Shown in pieces: positions 14,279 through 27,200 of a stretch of DNA of 64,000 nucleotides. Each line of letters starts with the position of its first letter. Within the stretch, counting starts at the first letter, position 1. The notes under the pieces are model-generated. The model searched no databases and was not told where the DNA came from. It worked only from the letters and a program-made list of their open reading frames with translations. The translations under genes were made by a program, and so were the position numbers. Location: NCBI GenBank assembly GCA_950097015.1, contig CATNEN010000004.1:186001-250000 (forward strand), given 5' to 3'. The stretch is from Macrostomum hystrix. Its lineage: Eukaryota; Animalia; Platyhelminthes.

Positions 14279-15922
14279 GTTGTCACTTTCCTGATACCCA
14301 ACTGCTGTCACTTTCCTGATAACCCAACTGCTGTCACTTTCCTGATAACCCAACTGCTGTCACTTTCCTGATACCCCAACTGCTGTCACTTTCCTGATAC
14401 CCCAACTGCTGTCACTTTCCTGATACCCAACTGCAGTCACTTTCCTGATACCCCAACTGCTGTCACTTTCCTGATACCCAACTGCTGTCACTTTCCTGAT
14501 ACCCCACTGCTGTCACTTTCCTGATACCCCAACTGCTGTCACTTTCCTGATACCCAACTGCTGTCACTTTCCTGATACCCCAACTGCTGTCACTTTCCTG
14601 ATATCCCAACTGCTGTCCCTTTCCGGATACCCCAACTGCTGTCACTTTCCTGATACCCCAACTGCTGTCACTTTCCTGATACCCAACTGCTGTCACTTCC
14701 TGATACCCCAACTGCTGTCACTTTCCTGATACCCCAACTGCTGTCCCTTTCCTGATACCCCAACTGCTGTCACTTTCCTGATACCCCAACTGCTGTCACT
14801 TTTCTGATACCCCAACTGCTGTCACTTTCCTGATACCCCAACTGCTGTCACTTTCCTGATACCCCAACTTCTGTCACTTTCCTGATACCCAACTGCAGTC
14901 ACTTTCCTGATACCCCAACTGCTGTCACTTTCCTGATACCCAACTGCTGTCACTTTCCTGATACCCAACTGCAGTCACTTTTCTGATACCCCAACTGCTG
15001 TCACTTTCCTGATACCCCAACTGCTGTCAGTTTCCTGATACCCCAACTGCTGTCACTTTCCTGATATCCCACTGCTGTCACTTTCCTGATACCCCAACTG
15101 CTGTCACTTTCCTGATACCCAACTGCTGTCACTTTCCTGATACCCAACTGCTGTCACTTTCCTGATACCCAACTGCTGTCACTTTCCTGATACCCAACTG
15201 CAGTCACTTTCCTGATACCCCAACTGCTGTCACTTTCCTGATACCCAACTGCTGTCACTTTCCTGATACCCCAACTGCTGTCACTTTCCTGATATCCCAA
15301 CTGCTGTCCCTTTCCGGATACCCCAACTGCTGTCACTTTCCTGATACCCCAACTGCTGTCACTTTCCTGATACCCAACTGCTGTCACTTTCCTGATACCC
15401 CAACTGCTGTCACTTTCCTGATACCCCAACTGCTGTCCCTTTCCTGATACCCCAACTGCTGTCACTTTCCTGATACCCCAACTGCTGTCACTTTCCTGAT
15501 ACCCCAACTGCTGTCACTTTCCTGATACCCCAACTGCTGTCACTTTCCTGATACCCCAACTTCTGTCACTTTCCTGATACCCAACTGCAGTCACTTTCCT
15601 GATACCCCAACTGCTGTCACTTTCCTGATACCCAACTGCTGTCACTTTCCTGATACCCAACTGCAGTCACTTTTCTGATACCCCAACTGCTGTCACTTTC
15701 CTGATACCCCAACTGCTGTCAGTTTCCTGATACCCCAACTGCTGTCACTTTCCTGATATCCCACTGCTGTCACTTTCCTGATACCCCAACTGCTGTCACT
15801 TTCCTGATACCCAACTGCTGTCACTTTCCTGATACCCAACTGCTGTCACTTTCCTGATACCCAACTGCTGTCACTTTCCTGATACCCAACTGCTGTCACT
15901 TTCCTGATACCCCAACTGCTGT
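14279..15922. repeat. Tandem minisatellite, 25/26-bp unit ACTGCTGTCACTTTCCTGATACCCCA
   Basis: Unit read directly. Internal block duplication at ~690-bp offset. Confidence 0.97.
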
Positions 15923-17543
15923 AGTATCAGGAAATATATTCTAGTAATCTAGTATCGTAGCTGACTCCTAATGATTTCTAGCTCTTACAGCATCCCAGCA
16001 ACCTACTTTTTGTTCTAAATCCACTGCAGCTGTATGAAGTTCTGTAGCATTATGCTGCTGCTGCTCTTTCTGGGGCCATCGTTTGCTCTCCGCATATTGA
16101 TTCCACGCACACACACATGGCCTTCATTTTTCTCCCCTTGCCCACAGCAGCAGAAGCAGCATGCTATAATTCCATATCGAACGTTGAGCTGAGCGCAATT
16201 ATTGGCCCTATAGTCTTGGAAGAGATTTAAGCACACAGATGCATGCCAAATCAGGGTTATAGGCAGCTGGCTTTATCTCATTCTAAAACTTCTATGGTCC
16301 TGTGGTGAGACAAACAGAACTAAATAGCTGAGCTAAAAAAATGATGATTCTAGGCTTCGCCAGGATTTGGGAATATTGGGATTTGGGAATGTATAAAAAG
16401 GCAGTGTCTTAGATGCCAGACCCAAGTAGACTGGTATAGCATGGAGTAATAACCATAGCCGCAATAAGGGATAGGAAGATAAGCCGGGCCTGTTGTTGCT
16501 CACGCTGTTAGCGCTAGGGCACTTGAGTGAGGCTCGCCGAGTGGCGTCCTGGCCTTGCCGCCTAATTTTCAACATTATTCGGCCAAGATCCTCTTCACTC
16601 GGGTATAGGGAGGGGGACAGCCTTCTCGCCTACCCCCCACAGAAGTCTGTGCCAGCCAGAAAAACAAGTTTTCTTCCATCATCATCTAGCCCGCCTCCGG
16701 GGCCCCGAGGGCCAGCGGCCGCAGCCTGTTTAAAATGCTGATTAATTCAGGCAGCGAGTATCCAGTAATTAGCAGAATACTTGATAATAATTGCCTTGAT
16801 AAGCTGGTCCCGGTATCTTGTGAGCATTGAGCACTGGCTCCCATCAGCACCGAGTGGCATCCCCTTGGCGCCGGGCCCTAGCAAAGTTATGCGGCCTGTG
16901 GGAGAATTGGCCGCGGTCCCTCTGGTATTTCGGCCGGGATGAGAAGAGAGGAGATAGAGAAGAGGGGATGGGGGAGGAGGCGAGAGGCCGAAGGAACCAC
17001 CAAGTGGAGATTGGAGTTCTGATATTGGTAATTAAGATTGAGGATGGTGCCCAGTCTCCAGTGGATTATCGAGTTAGCGGAGCGGGGCCCGAGAGGCTGC
17101 ATTAATTTGTGCTTACTTAAAGCGCAAGTGATTAGTGCTCATTTTCACTGTAGAATTGTGTTAGGCCGTGCCCGCCGCACCCATTCTCTCTGCTGATTAG
17201 GTGCTTAAGATTTGCCTCCCGAGATTAAGATACAACTAACCGCTGGGTCCGGGCTGATTGCAAACCATTCTAATTATCTATTTTGCATATAAGATGAGCT
17301 CTTGATTAGGGCCTCATCAAGACCGGCCCTCCGCTGGCAGTCCCTCTCTCCAGTCCTCCCTCATAATATTTATCTCGGACCGCGTTCGCGGCCATCCCGC
17401 CTCGCCACAGCCTCATTCTTTCCTGCTCCCTGCGCTCTCCCAGACTCCGGCGTTCCCCATCACTACCGTGTATTCATCAGCTCGCACCGTCACCACCCCC
17501 AGCAGCTCCCAGTTCGATTGTCCTGGATTCTTCCGGCAGCAGC

Positions 17544-18844
17544 ATGTCGACTGGCTTCAGCCGGTTCGTTCACGCCAGAATTGAAGCCGGTGGTGACTGC
17601 GGCTGCATCCAGCTTCTGCTGCTGGCTGACGGCGCTGACTCCGATGTACAGGAGGAGCAGCAGCAGCAGCAGCAGCTGGATGACTCAATGTCCGGCAACT
17701 CGCTGCTCCTCGGTCTCGAAGAGGCCGGAACCCTGCGGGCCTTCCTGCTGCGTTCGTGCTCCGAGACCGACGGGGTGACAGACCCGACGATTCTGCACGG
17801 CGCGTCTTGGCAGGTCGCGAAGGCCGAGCTGCTCCGAGCTTTCGGCCGGCCGGCTGAAGTCGAGTTCAGGTGTCCAACGGCAACGCGGCCTCTGCTAGTC
17901 TGCCTCGCTTGCAGGCGACGCCTCACCGGAGCTGACGAGCTGCCGGGCCACTGCGAGCTGCACGGCCTGACGATGCCAGTCAGCGCGACTGCCGCGGCTC
18001 TCGTCTTCGCTGACTGGGAGGGACGGGGTCTTGTTATTCGCCAGTTCGACGCCTGCCTGTGGCAGAGAGATCCCACCGAGGAGGATGAGGAGGACGACCA
18101 AGAAGCGGCGGAGAAGGAAAATGACCGACAGAGTGAAGCGGGGCAGACTGAAGAAGACGCTGAAGACGGCGAAGGTAGGTCGACTGAAACTGTCTTCCAG
18201 CCCGTCGACCTAACGGCTTTTCCAATGCCGCCGCTGCCCCCTCCGCCACCTCCGTTCGCTGGTCTCCTGTCCGCTTTTCCTTGGACAGCTTTTCTACCAC
18301 CGCCATTGGGACCGCCGCCTCTACCGCGGCCGCCGCCTCCGCATTCCCTAACGGAGCAGCAGCAACAGCAGCAGCAGCAGCAGCAAATTAGCGGTCAGGC
18401 GCGCCATTTGAACAAGCATATTAAGTGCCCGAAATGCAACTGGCACTACAAGTACCAGGAGACGCTTGAGATCCATCTGAAGGAGAAGCACCCGGAGTCG
18501 GTTGCGGGTGACCCAGCTAGTCAGGGCCGCTGCGATGCCTGCCACTACTGCCTCACCAACCAGAGCCATCCGCGCCTGGCCCGCGGCGAGACCTACAACT
18601 GCGGCTACAAGCCCTACCGCTGCGACGTATGCAACTACAGCACGACCACAAAGGGCAACCTGGCCATCCACATGCAGTCCGACAAGCACTGCAACAATGT
18701 GCACGACATGCAGCGAGCGACCGGACCTATTGCTGGAGGCACCTCCGGCCCGACGGTGGCGACGATGTCTGCAACAACGACTCCTAGATCATTGACGCAA
18801 CCAGCGAAATCCAGCGGACGGCAAAATCAACCGCCGTCGCAACT

Positions 18845-18883
<39 letters not shown>

Positions 18884-19502
18884 TCATCATCATCAGCATG
18901 AGCAGCGGGCGCCATCCCTACAACGCTGCGACAGGTCTTTAAACAATCCATCGCACCTGTTCACCTGCCAGGTGTGCGACGCGTTTCACACCGACTCACT
19001 GCCAGACTTGCACGCTCACTCGGTGGAGCCGCGTCTTGAACCCTGCTCGGAGGCTACGGGGTACGCCGGCGGCTTCTGGCAGTGCGTCCTGTGCGAATAT
19101 CGCTCAAATTTGAAGGCCAATTTTCACCTGCACTGCAAAACTGACAAGCACATGCAGCGCCTTCAGCTGCTGAATCATCTCCGTCTGGCTGGCGACGGCG
19201 GTGGCCCAGGCGCAGTGACTCAGCGCCTGGCCAGTGCCGCCAGCGGCATGCCGGTCCAGTTGCGCTGCAATGCCTGCGACTACGTGGCAGCCTCGCTGCA
19301 CAAAATGCAGCTGCACCTGGCGCTGCCCAGTCACCAGCTGAACGCCTACCTTCTGTTGCACCTGTGCAATGAGGAGCGACAGCTGTCTAACGGCTGCGGC
19401 GCTGACTCCTGTCGCTACCGCTGCGAGTTGTGCAACACCTGCTGCAGCTCCAAGATGGATCTGCTGCGGCATTTCGGGCAATCGGGACACAAGATTAGAG
19501 AG
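17544..19502 (+). CDS. ZFHX3: ZFHX3/ZFHX4/zfh2-family zinc-finger homeodomain protein, coding exon 1 (653 codons)
   Basis: Family signatures KCPKCNWHYKYQETLEIHLKEKHPE, HPRLARGETYNCGYKPYRCDVCNYSTTTKGNLAIHMQSDKH and KANFHLHCKTDKH. Donor GAG|GTGAGT at 19503, phase 0. Confidence 0.95.
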
Positions 19503-19724
19503 GTGAGTGAGCTAGTCTAGGATAAAATTCACATCTAAAATTTGTCTAACTGTTTGTCATTACCGACTATGCGATGGCAGTGGGAATCATTAATCTCATT
19601 TGATTCTATCACAGGATGTCATTGAGATATTTTTTTATGTGGCTACTAGTCGAAAAAGTAGTATTGTTGGTTTTCTCACAATATGGTTCCTTAAACTTTG
19701 TTTATGGAGATCCAGAATAGAAGG

Positions 19725-19910
19725 AGAGGTAGAGTGAAAGGAGAGGTAGAGTGGAATGAGTGGCAGAGTGGAAGGAAAAGTAGAGTGGAAGGGAGAGGTA
19801 GAGTGGAAGGAGAGGTAGAGTGGAAGGAGAGGTACAGTGGAAGGAGAGGTACAGTGGAAGGAGTAGCAGAGTGGAAGGAGTAGCAGAGTGGAAGGAGTGG
19901 TAGAGTGAAT
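19725..19910. repeat. Purine-rich ~17-bp repeat AGAGTGGAAGGAGAGGT in ZFHX intron 1
   Basis: Unit read directly. Confidence 0.85.
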
Positions 19911-20391
19911 GGGATGGTGGCCGGTGTACAGAAGTTATGTCCAGAACTTATTCACAACAAATAAAGTTGTAATTATTTCTCGATCTTTCATATCCGAGTG
20001 TGCGGTGGTACTATTGGACCTCATTGAGCGCAGGTCGTTCCATTCACTGAGATTTATTCAACGCAACATAGTAATCTAGCTATAGAGTGGGGTCGTACGT
20101 CGTATAATTAGCTTCTAGTCCGTATTTTGTTGTGACCGTATCTTAAGTGTGTTACTGGTTCTGTCTCTCTTCTCTCTCCTCAAGCTGAGGTGACTCACTG
20201 CTCAATTGTTTGAACTCTGCCTTGGATTCGAATACACGCAGCCACAGAGACTGCAGGCCCCCACCTTCCTCCGTTCCCCATTTTGGAGGGAGCTATATAG
20301 CAGTGCCAGCTGGGAAGTAGTTCTACACATTGATCCCAAACCTTCTCTCTCTCTCTCACTTCCCGACTTCTTATCGTTTTTTTCTTTAAAG

Positions 20392-20545
20392 CACAAACTG
20401 CAACAGAAGGGATTGCTGCCAGAACTGAACAAGCTGGCCTGCGTTTTGCCTGCCAACGTTTCGAGTACCACATCTTCAGCAGCAGCAGCAGCAGCGGCGG
20501 TGGCGGCGGCGGCAGCGTATCCAGTCCACATGGAAGCTGATTTGG
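20392..20545 (+). CDS. ZFHX3: ZFHX gene coding exon 2 (HKLQQKGLLPELNKLACV...EADL)
   Basis: Long pyrimidine tract + AAG acceptor (20390-91), phase 0 in and phase 1 out (G|GTGAGC). KLQQKGL echoes the RKLQRLQKGL segment that follows the same finger in ZFHX3. Confidence 0.75.
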
Positions 20546-20634
20546 GTGAGCACCCTTTTACTCTGCTCTGGGTAATCATGGGATTGTTGATAAGGCCGTA
20601 TTATCTCAGCTAGTTTGAAATATTGTCCTTAAAA

Positions 20635-23600
20635 ATTGCAGTCCAACCTGAAACCCATTGCAATCCAACCTGAAACCCATTGCAATCCAACCTGAAACCC
20701 ATTGCAGTCCAACCTGAAACCCATTGCAGTCTAACCTTAAACCCATTGCAATCCAACCTGAAACACATTGCAGTCTAACCTTAAACCCATTGAAATCCAA
20801 CCTGAGACCCATTGCAATCCAACCTGAAACCCATTGCAATCCAACCTGAAACCCATTGCAATCCAACCTGAAACCCATTGCAATCCAACCTGAAACCCAT
20901 TGCAGTCTAACCTTAAACCCATTGCAATCCAACCTGAAACCCATTGCAATCCAACACGAAACCCACTGCAATCCAACCTGAAACCCATTGCAATCCAACA
21001 TGAAACCCATTGCAATCCAACCTGAAACCCACTGCAATCCAACATGAAACCCATTGCAATCCAACATGAAACCCACTGCAATCCAACCTGAAACCCATTG
21101 CAATCCAACATGAAACCCACTGCAATCCAACCTGAAACTCATTGCAATCCAACCTGAAACCCATTGCAATCCAACATGAAACCCACTGCAATCCAACCTG
21201 AAGCCCATTGCAGTCCAACCTGAAACCCATTGCAATCCAACATGAAACCCATTGCAGTCCAACCTGAAACCCATTGCAATCCTACCTGAAACTCATTGCA
21301 ATCCAACCTGAAACCCACTGCAGTCCAACCTGAAACCCATTGCAATCCAACCTGAAACCCACTGCAATCCAACCTGAAACACATTGCAATCCAACCTGAA
21401 ACTTACTGCAATCCAACCTGAAACTCATTGCAATCCAACCTGAAACCCACTGCAATCCAACCTGAAACTCATTGCAATCCAACCTGAAACCCATTGCAAT
21501 CCAACCTGAAACTCATTGCAATCCAACCTGAAACCCATTGCAATCCAACCTGAAACACACTGCAATCCAACCTGAAACCCATTGCAATCCAACATGAAAC
21601 CCACTGCAATCCAACCTGAAACCCATTGCAATCCAACCTGAAACCCATTTCAATCTAACCTGAAACCCACTGCAATCCAACCTGAAACCCATTGCAATCC
21701 AACCTGAAACCCATTGCAGTCTAACCTTAAACCCATTGCAATCCAACCTGAAACCCATTGCAGTCTAACCTGAAACCCACTGCAATCCAACCTGAAACCC
21801 ATTGCAGTCTAACCTGAAACCCACTGCAATCCAACCTGAAACCCATTGCAGTCTAACCTTAAACCCATTGCAGTCTAACCTTAAACCCACTGCAATCCAA
21901 CCTGAAACCCATTGCAATCCAACACGAAACCCACTGCAATCCAACCTGAAACCCATTGCAATCCAACATGAAACCCATTGCAATCCAACCTGAAACCCAC
22001 TGCAATCCAACCTGAAACCCATTGCAATCCAACATGAAACCCACTGCAATCCAACATGAAACCCATTGCAATCCAACATGAAACCCACTGCAATCCAACC
22101 TGAAACCCATTGCAATCCAACATGAAACCCACTGCAATCCAACCTGAAACTCATTGCAATCCAACCTGAAACCCATTGCAATCCAACATGAAACCCACTG
22201 CAATCCAACCTGAAGCCTATTGCAGTCCAACCTGAAACCCATTGCAATCCAACCTGAAACCCATTGCAATCCAACCTGAAACCCATTGCAATCCAACCTG
22301 AAACCCATTGCAGTCTAACCTTAAACCCATTGCAATCCAACCTGAAACCCATTGCAATCCAACACGAAACCCACTGCAATCCAACCTGAAACCCATTGCA
22401 ATCCAACATGAAACCCATTGCAATCCAACCTGAAACCCACTGCAATCCAACATGAAACCCATTGCAATCCAACATGAAACCCACTGCAATCCAACCTGAA
22501 GCCCATTGCAGTCCAACCTGAAACCCATTGCAATCCAACATGAAACCCATTGCAGTCCAACCTGAAACCCATTGCAATCCTACCTGAAACTCATTGCAAT
22601 CCAACCTGAAACCCACTGCAGTCCAACCTGAAACCCATTGCAATCCAACCTGAAACCCACTGCAATCCAACCTGAAACACATTGCAATCCAACCTGAAAC
22701 TTACTGCAATCCAACCTGAAACTCATTGCAATCCAACCTGAAACCCACTGCAATCCAACCTGAAACTCATTGCAATCCAACCTGAAACCCATTGCAATCC
22801 AACCTGAAACACACTGCAATCCAACCTGAAACCCATTGCAATCCAACATGAAACCCACTGCAATCCAACCTGAAACCCATTGCAATCCAACCTGAAACCC
22901 ATTTCAATCTAACCTGAAACCCACTGCAATCCAACCTGAAACCCATTGCAATCCAACCTGAAACCCATTGCAGTCTAACCTTAAACCCATTGCAATCCAA
23001 CCTGAAACCCATTGCAGTCTAACCTGAAACCCACTGCAATCCAACCTGAAACCCATTGCAGTCTAACCTGAAACCCACTGCAATCCAACCTGAAACCCAT
23101 TGCAGTCTAACCTTAAACCCATTGCAGTCTAACCTTAAACCCACTGCAATCCAACCTGAAACCCATTGCAATCCAACACGAAACCCACTGCAATCCAACC
23201 TGAAACCCATTGCAATCCAACATGAAACCCATTGCAATCCAACCTGAAACCCACTGCAATCCAACCTGAAACCCATTGCAATCCAACATGAAACCCACTG
23301 CAATCCAACCTGAAACCCATTGCAATCCAACATGAAACCCACTGCAATCCAACCTGAAACCCATTGCAATCCAACATGAAACCCATTGCAGTCTAACCTT
23401 AAACCCACTGCAATCCAACCTGAAACCCATTGCAATCCAACACGAAACCCACTGCAATCCAACCTGAAACCCATTGCAATCCAACATGAAACCCATTGCA
23501 ATCCAACCTGAAACCCACTGCTATCCAACCTGAAACCCATTGCAATCCAACATGAAACCCACTGCAATCCAACATGAAACCCACTGCAATCCAACCTGAA

Positions 23601-23653
23601 ACCCATTGCAATCCAACCTGAAACTCATTGCAATCCAACCTGAAACCCACTGC
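20635..23653. repeat. Tandem minisatellite, 22-bp unit CCAACCTGAAACCCATTGCAAT (ZFHX intron 2)
   Basis: Unit read directly. Higher-order duplication at ~1254-1298 bp offset. Confidence 0.97.
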
Positions 23654-24555
23654 ATCCCTATTGTGAAGACTCGAATCTCAACTTTGATAAGCGTATTTGA
23701 CTTATAAACTTATCACAAAATTGAGTTGTAATGCAAATTTGTACAATGACCCTCTCGCTATTATACTAATAATTTTCAACCTATATCCTTAATCAGTTTT
23801 TATATCATTAGAACTGAGTACTTTGGTACTAAACTCTGCTTAAGTAGTTGAGACCATTGAACACCGACTGAACAATAAGAACGAATTTCGTAGTAAAAAA
23901 ACTCAATTTCCTATGGCAAGAATAGGAACGCAGTGACGCCGGCAATTTTGGGGTAATAGTATAATGGCAGCTAGATTTACAAAATGAAATCCTGCCAAAT
24001 AGCCTGTCTATTTCTATTCTGCCACCTACTCCGCTTTGAGACAATCGACTCAAAGCTAGCTACAGTATCCTGAGACAATTGCGGGGAAGGATATTTACGT
24101 CTGAGTAAGAAAATACGTTAGCACAATAAAAAAACTTGCATAGAAAAAGACAGAATAAGAAAAAAATAATAGGTCCCGCCGAAAGCACCTAGCCAGGTAG
24201 TCTAAGACAGAGACAGAAGAAACTAACAGAGGCAGTGTGCTTACAGTGCTTGGCTTTCGCAGCCCAGCAGGCTACAGCCTGCGCTCTTAATAAATATAAT
24301 AGAGCTAGTTAAGACAGCAGTCAAATATATTCAGGGAATTAGGACTTCTTCTTGAGGCTAGGACAAAAACATTGCATTCTTCTACACAGGCGCAACCGAA
24401 AATTTTTTCGATGGAGTGGAGAAGCAAAAAATGTTGCAGTAATAAACAAAGAAGAACCAAGTTCCATAAGAAAAGCAAGCGGGTCAGAAAGATCAATGAT
24501 TGCTAACTCGATTTGATTACCTGTTCCAATAAATTGTCTGCTATCCTGGTCCTTA

Positions 24556-25982
24556 GTGTACTGCTTTCCCAGTCTTTTAGTGCACTGCTTTCCCAGTCTT
24601 TTAGTGCACTGCTTTCCCAGTATTTTAGAGCACTGCTTTCCCAGTCTTTTAGAGCACTGCTTTCCCAGTCTTTTTAGTGCACTGCTTTCCCAGTCTTTTA
24701 GAGCACTGCTTTCCCAGTCTTTTAGAGCACTGCTTCCCAGTCTTTTAGTGCACTGCTTTCCCAGTCTTTTAGTGCACTGCTTTCCCAGTCTTTTAGTGCA
24801 CTGCTTTCCCAGTCTTTTAGTGCACTGCTTTCCCAGTCTTTTAGAGCACTGCTTTCCCAGTCTTTTAGAGCACTGCTTTCCCAGTCTTTTAGTGCACTGC
24901 TTTCCCATTCTTTTAGAGCACTGCTTTCCCAGTCTTTTAGAGCACTGCTTTCCCAGTATTTTAGAGCACTGCTTTCCCAATCTTTTAGAGCACTGCTTTC
25001 CCAGTCTTTTAGAGCACTGCTTTCCCAGTCTTTTAGAGCACTGCTTTCCCATTCTTTTAGAGCACTGCTTTCCCAGTCTTTTAGTGCACTGCTTTCCCAG
25101 TCTTTTAGAGCACTGCTTTCCCAGTCTTTTAGAGCACTGCTTTCCCATTCTTTTAGAGCACTGCTTTCCCAGTCTTTTAGAGCACTGCTTTCCCAGTATT
25201 TTAGAGCACTGCTTTCCCAGTCTTTTAGAGCACTGCTTTCCCAATCTTTTAGAGCACTGCTTTCCCATTCTTTTAGAGCACTGCTTTCCCAATCTTTTAT
25301 AGCACTGCTTTCCCAGTCTTTTATAGCACTGCTTTCCAAGTCTTTTAGTGCACTGCTTTCCAAGTCTTTTAGTGCACTGCTTTCCCAGTCTTTCAGAGCA
25401 CTGCTTTCCCAGTCTTTTAGAGCACTGCTTTCCCAGTCTTTTAGAGCACTGCTTTCCCAGTCTTTTAGAGCACTGCTTTCCCAGTCTTTTAGAGCACTGC
25501 TTTCCCAGTCTTTTAGAGCACTGCTTTCCCAGTCTTTTAGTGCACTGCTTTCACAGTCTTTTAGAGCACTGCTTTCCCATTCTTTTAGAGCACTGCTTTC
25601 CCAGTCTTTTAGTGCACTGCTTTCCCAGTCTTTTAGAGCACTGCTTTCCCAGTCTTTTAGAGCACTGCTTTCCCAGTCTTTTAGAGCACTGCTTTCCCAG
25701 TCTTTTAGAGCACTGCTTTCCCATTCTTTTAGAGCACTGCTTTCCCAGTCTTTTAGAGCACTGCTTTCCCAGTATTTTAGAGCACTGCTTTCCCAATCTT
25801 TTAGAGCACTGCTTTCCCAGTCTTTTAGAGCACTGCTTTCCCATTCTTTTAGAGCACTGCTTTCCCAGTCTTTTAGTGCACTGCTTTCCCAGTCTTTTAG
25901 AGCACTGCTTTCCCAGTCTTTTAGAGCACTGCTTTCCCAGTCTTTTAGTGCACTGCTTTCCCTGTCTTTTAGAGCACTGCTT
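24556..25982. repeat. Tandem minisatellite, 24-bp unit TTTTAGAGCACTGCTTTCCCAGTC (ZFHX intron 2)
   Basis: Unit read directly. Confidence 0.97.
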
Positions 25983-26009
25983 CTCTCAAACCCAAAAATG
26001 AATGTGCAC

Positions 26010-26080
26010 GTCGCCGCGGAATCGAGCTCAGGGACCTTGGTGCAAGAGGCAAATGCGTAAACCGCTCTGTCACTCACTGC
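26010..26080 (-). mobile_element. tRNA-derived (SINE-like) head or tRNA pseudogene
   Basis: Minus strand GCAGTGAGTGACAGAGCGGTTTACGCATTTGCCTCTTGCACCAAGGTCCCTGAGCTCGATTCCGCGGCGAC has A-box-like (TGACAGAGCGG) and B-box-like (GCTCGATTCC) motifs at tRNA spacing. I could not fold a clean cloverleaf. Confidence 0.45.
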
Positions 26081-26100
26081 TTCCATGATCCTTGAATATA

Positions 26101-26312
26101 CTGCTTCCACGGTCCCTGGTCCTTGACTATCTTGCTTCCACGGTCCCTGGTCCTTGACTATCTTGCTTCCACGGTCCCTGGTCCTTGACTATCTTGCTTC
26201 CATGGTCTCTGGTCCTTGACTATCGTGCTTCCATGGTCTCTGGTCCTTGACTATCTTGCTTCCACGGTCCCTGGTCCTTGACTATCTTGCTTCCACGGTC
26301 TCTGGTCCTTGA
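26101..26312. repeat. Tandem repeat, 31-bp unit TGCTTCCACGGTCCCTGGTCCTTGACTATCT
   Basis: About 7 copies read directly. Confidence 0.93.
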
Positions 26313-27200
26313 CCTGTCCTGTTTTGCAGTCCCATTTTGGTCTTTCAGTTTGCATTTTGAGGCTCCTTCATTAAAACCTTATCTGAGCGCCGCTCTCCGG
26401 TATTGTCAGTGATACTTCAATGGAGCGTCACCATTAAACCACCAGCATTAAAAAGCTATTGTTTGAGTCAGAGAAGCATTATCTTATGCATTATTTTCCT
26501 AATTCCTATAGAGAAGCCCCATTTTACCAATACAAGGGCTTCAGGGCCACGCCTCAGTACAGATGAAATCATTCAGAAAGACAATCGAGCATTGATATTT
26601 GCCACTTAACACGACTGCTCATTGAGTATTTGAGAACAAGCCAGGCCACACACCAAGCTGGCTAGTCGCTAAGTGGGCTTCATCCCAGCTTACTTTAGTT
26701 CTTAGTAGATCGAGCTTGGCCTGTGGGCCCCCTGGAAACAATCGGCCGATATTTATTCAACTCTGCGGGTCGAGGGGTCAATGCTTCCCGTGCAAACAGT
26801 CGACCCATCTCGATTTATCAATCGCCTGATCAGTTGTCAATGCTCGCAATATAAACTGAGTTGTTTAATACTCGAATATTATTTGCATTCCCCTATTGTT
26901 CTTTTTGTTTTTTCTGTCTCTACACACATGATTTCCAGTTTAGAAATAAATCTGTCCGACATTGATTTGCATTAAGGGCGCTTAAGTGGGTCTTTAACCG
27001 AGACAAAATTCCCCAACTGGGGATTTCAAGGGCCTTGAGTATTCGCAAATGAGGATCCGATTACTATTACCAACTGTCAAGTGGTCGGTTTACCAAAAGT
27101 TACTCAATTTTACTACTACTTCCAGTAGGTTTGTCAGCCATCGATAAGAATTTCGAATATTTAAATGAAAGTTTTGATATTTGGCGTAAATTTTATTCGA

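Noticed and set aside
17302-19490. Alternative-frame and antisense ORFs overlapping ZFHX exon 1 (likewise over SNF8, ZFHX exon 5 and ESRP exon 6)
   Set aside because: Expected shadows of GC-rich coding sequence with few stops, and they carry no domain signatures.
20185-20391. Earlier acceptor / 5' part of ORF 20206-20613 as ZFHX exon 2
   Set aside because: The acceptor at 20184 hits an in-frame TGA at 20191. The 5' part translates a pyrimidine tract, and ZFHX similarity starts only at 20392.
24170-24310. Possible additional Helitron/Helentron terminus (TTATTAAGAGCGC...GCGAAAGCCAAGCACTG on the minus strand)
   Set aside because: Only a vague resemblance. I could not identify a second end, hairpin or target site.
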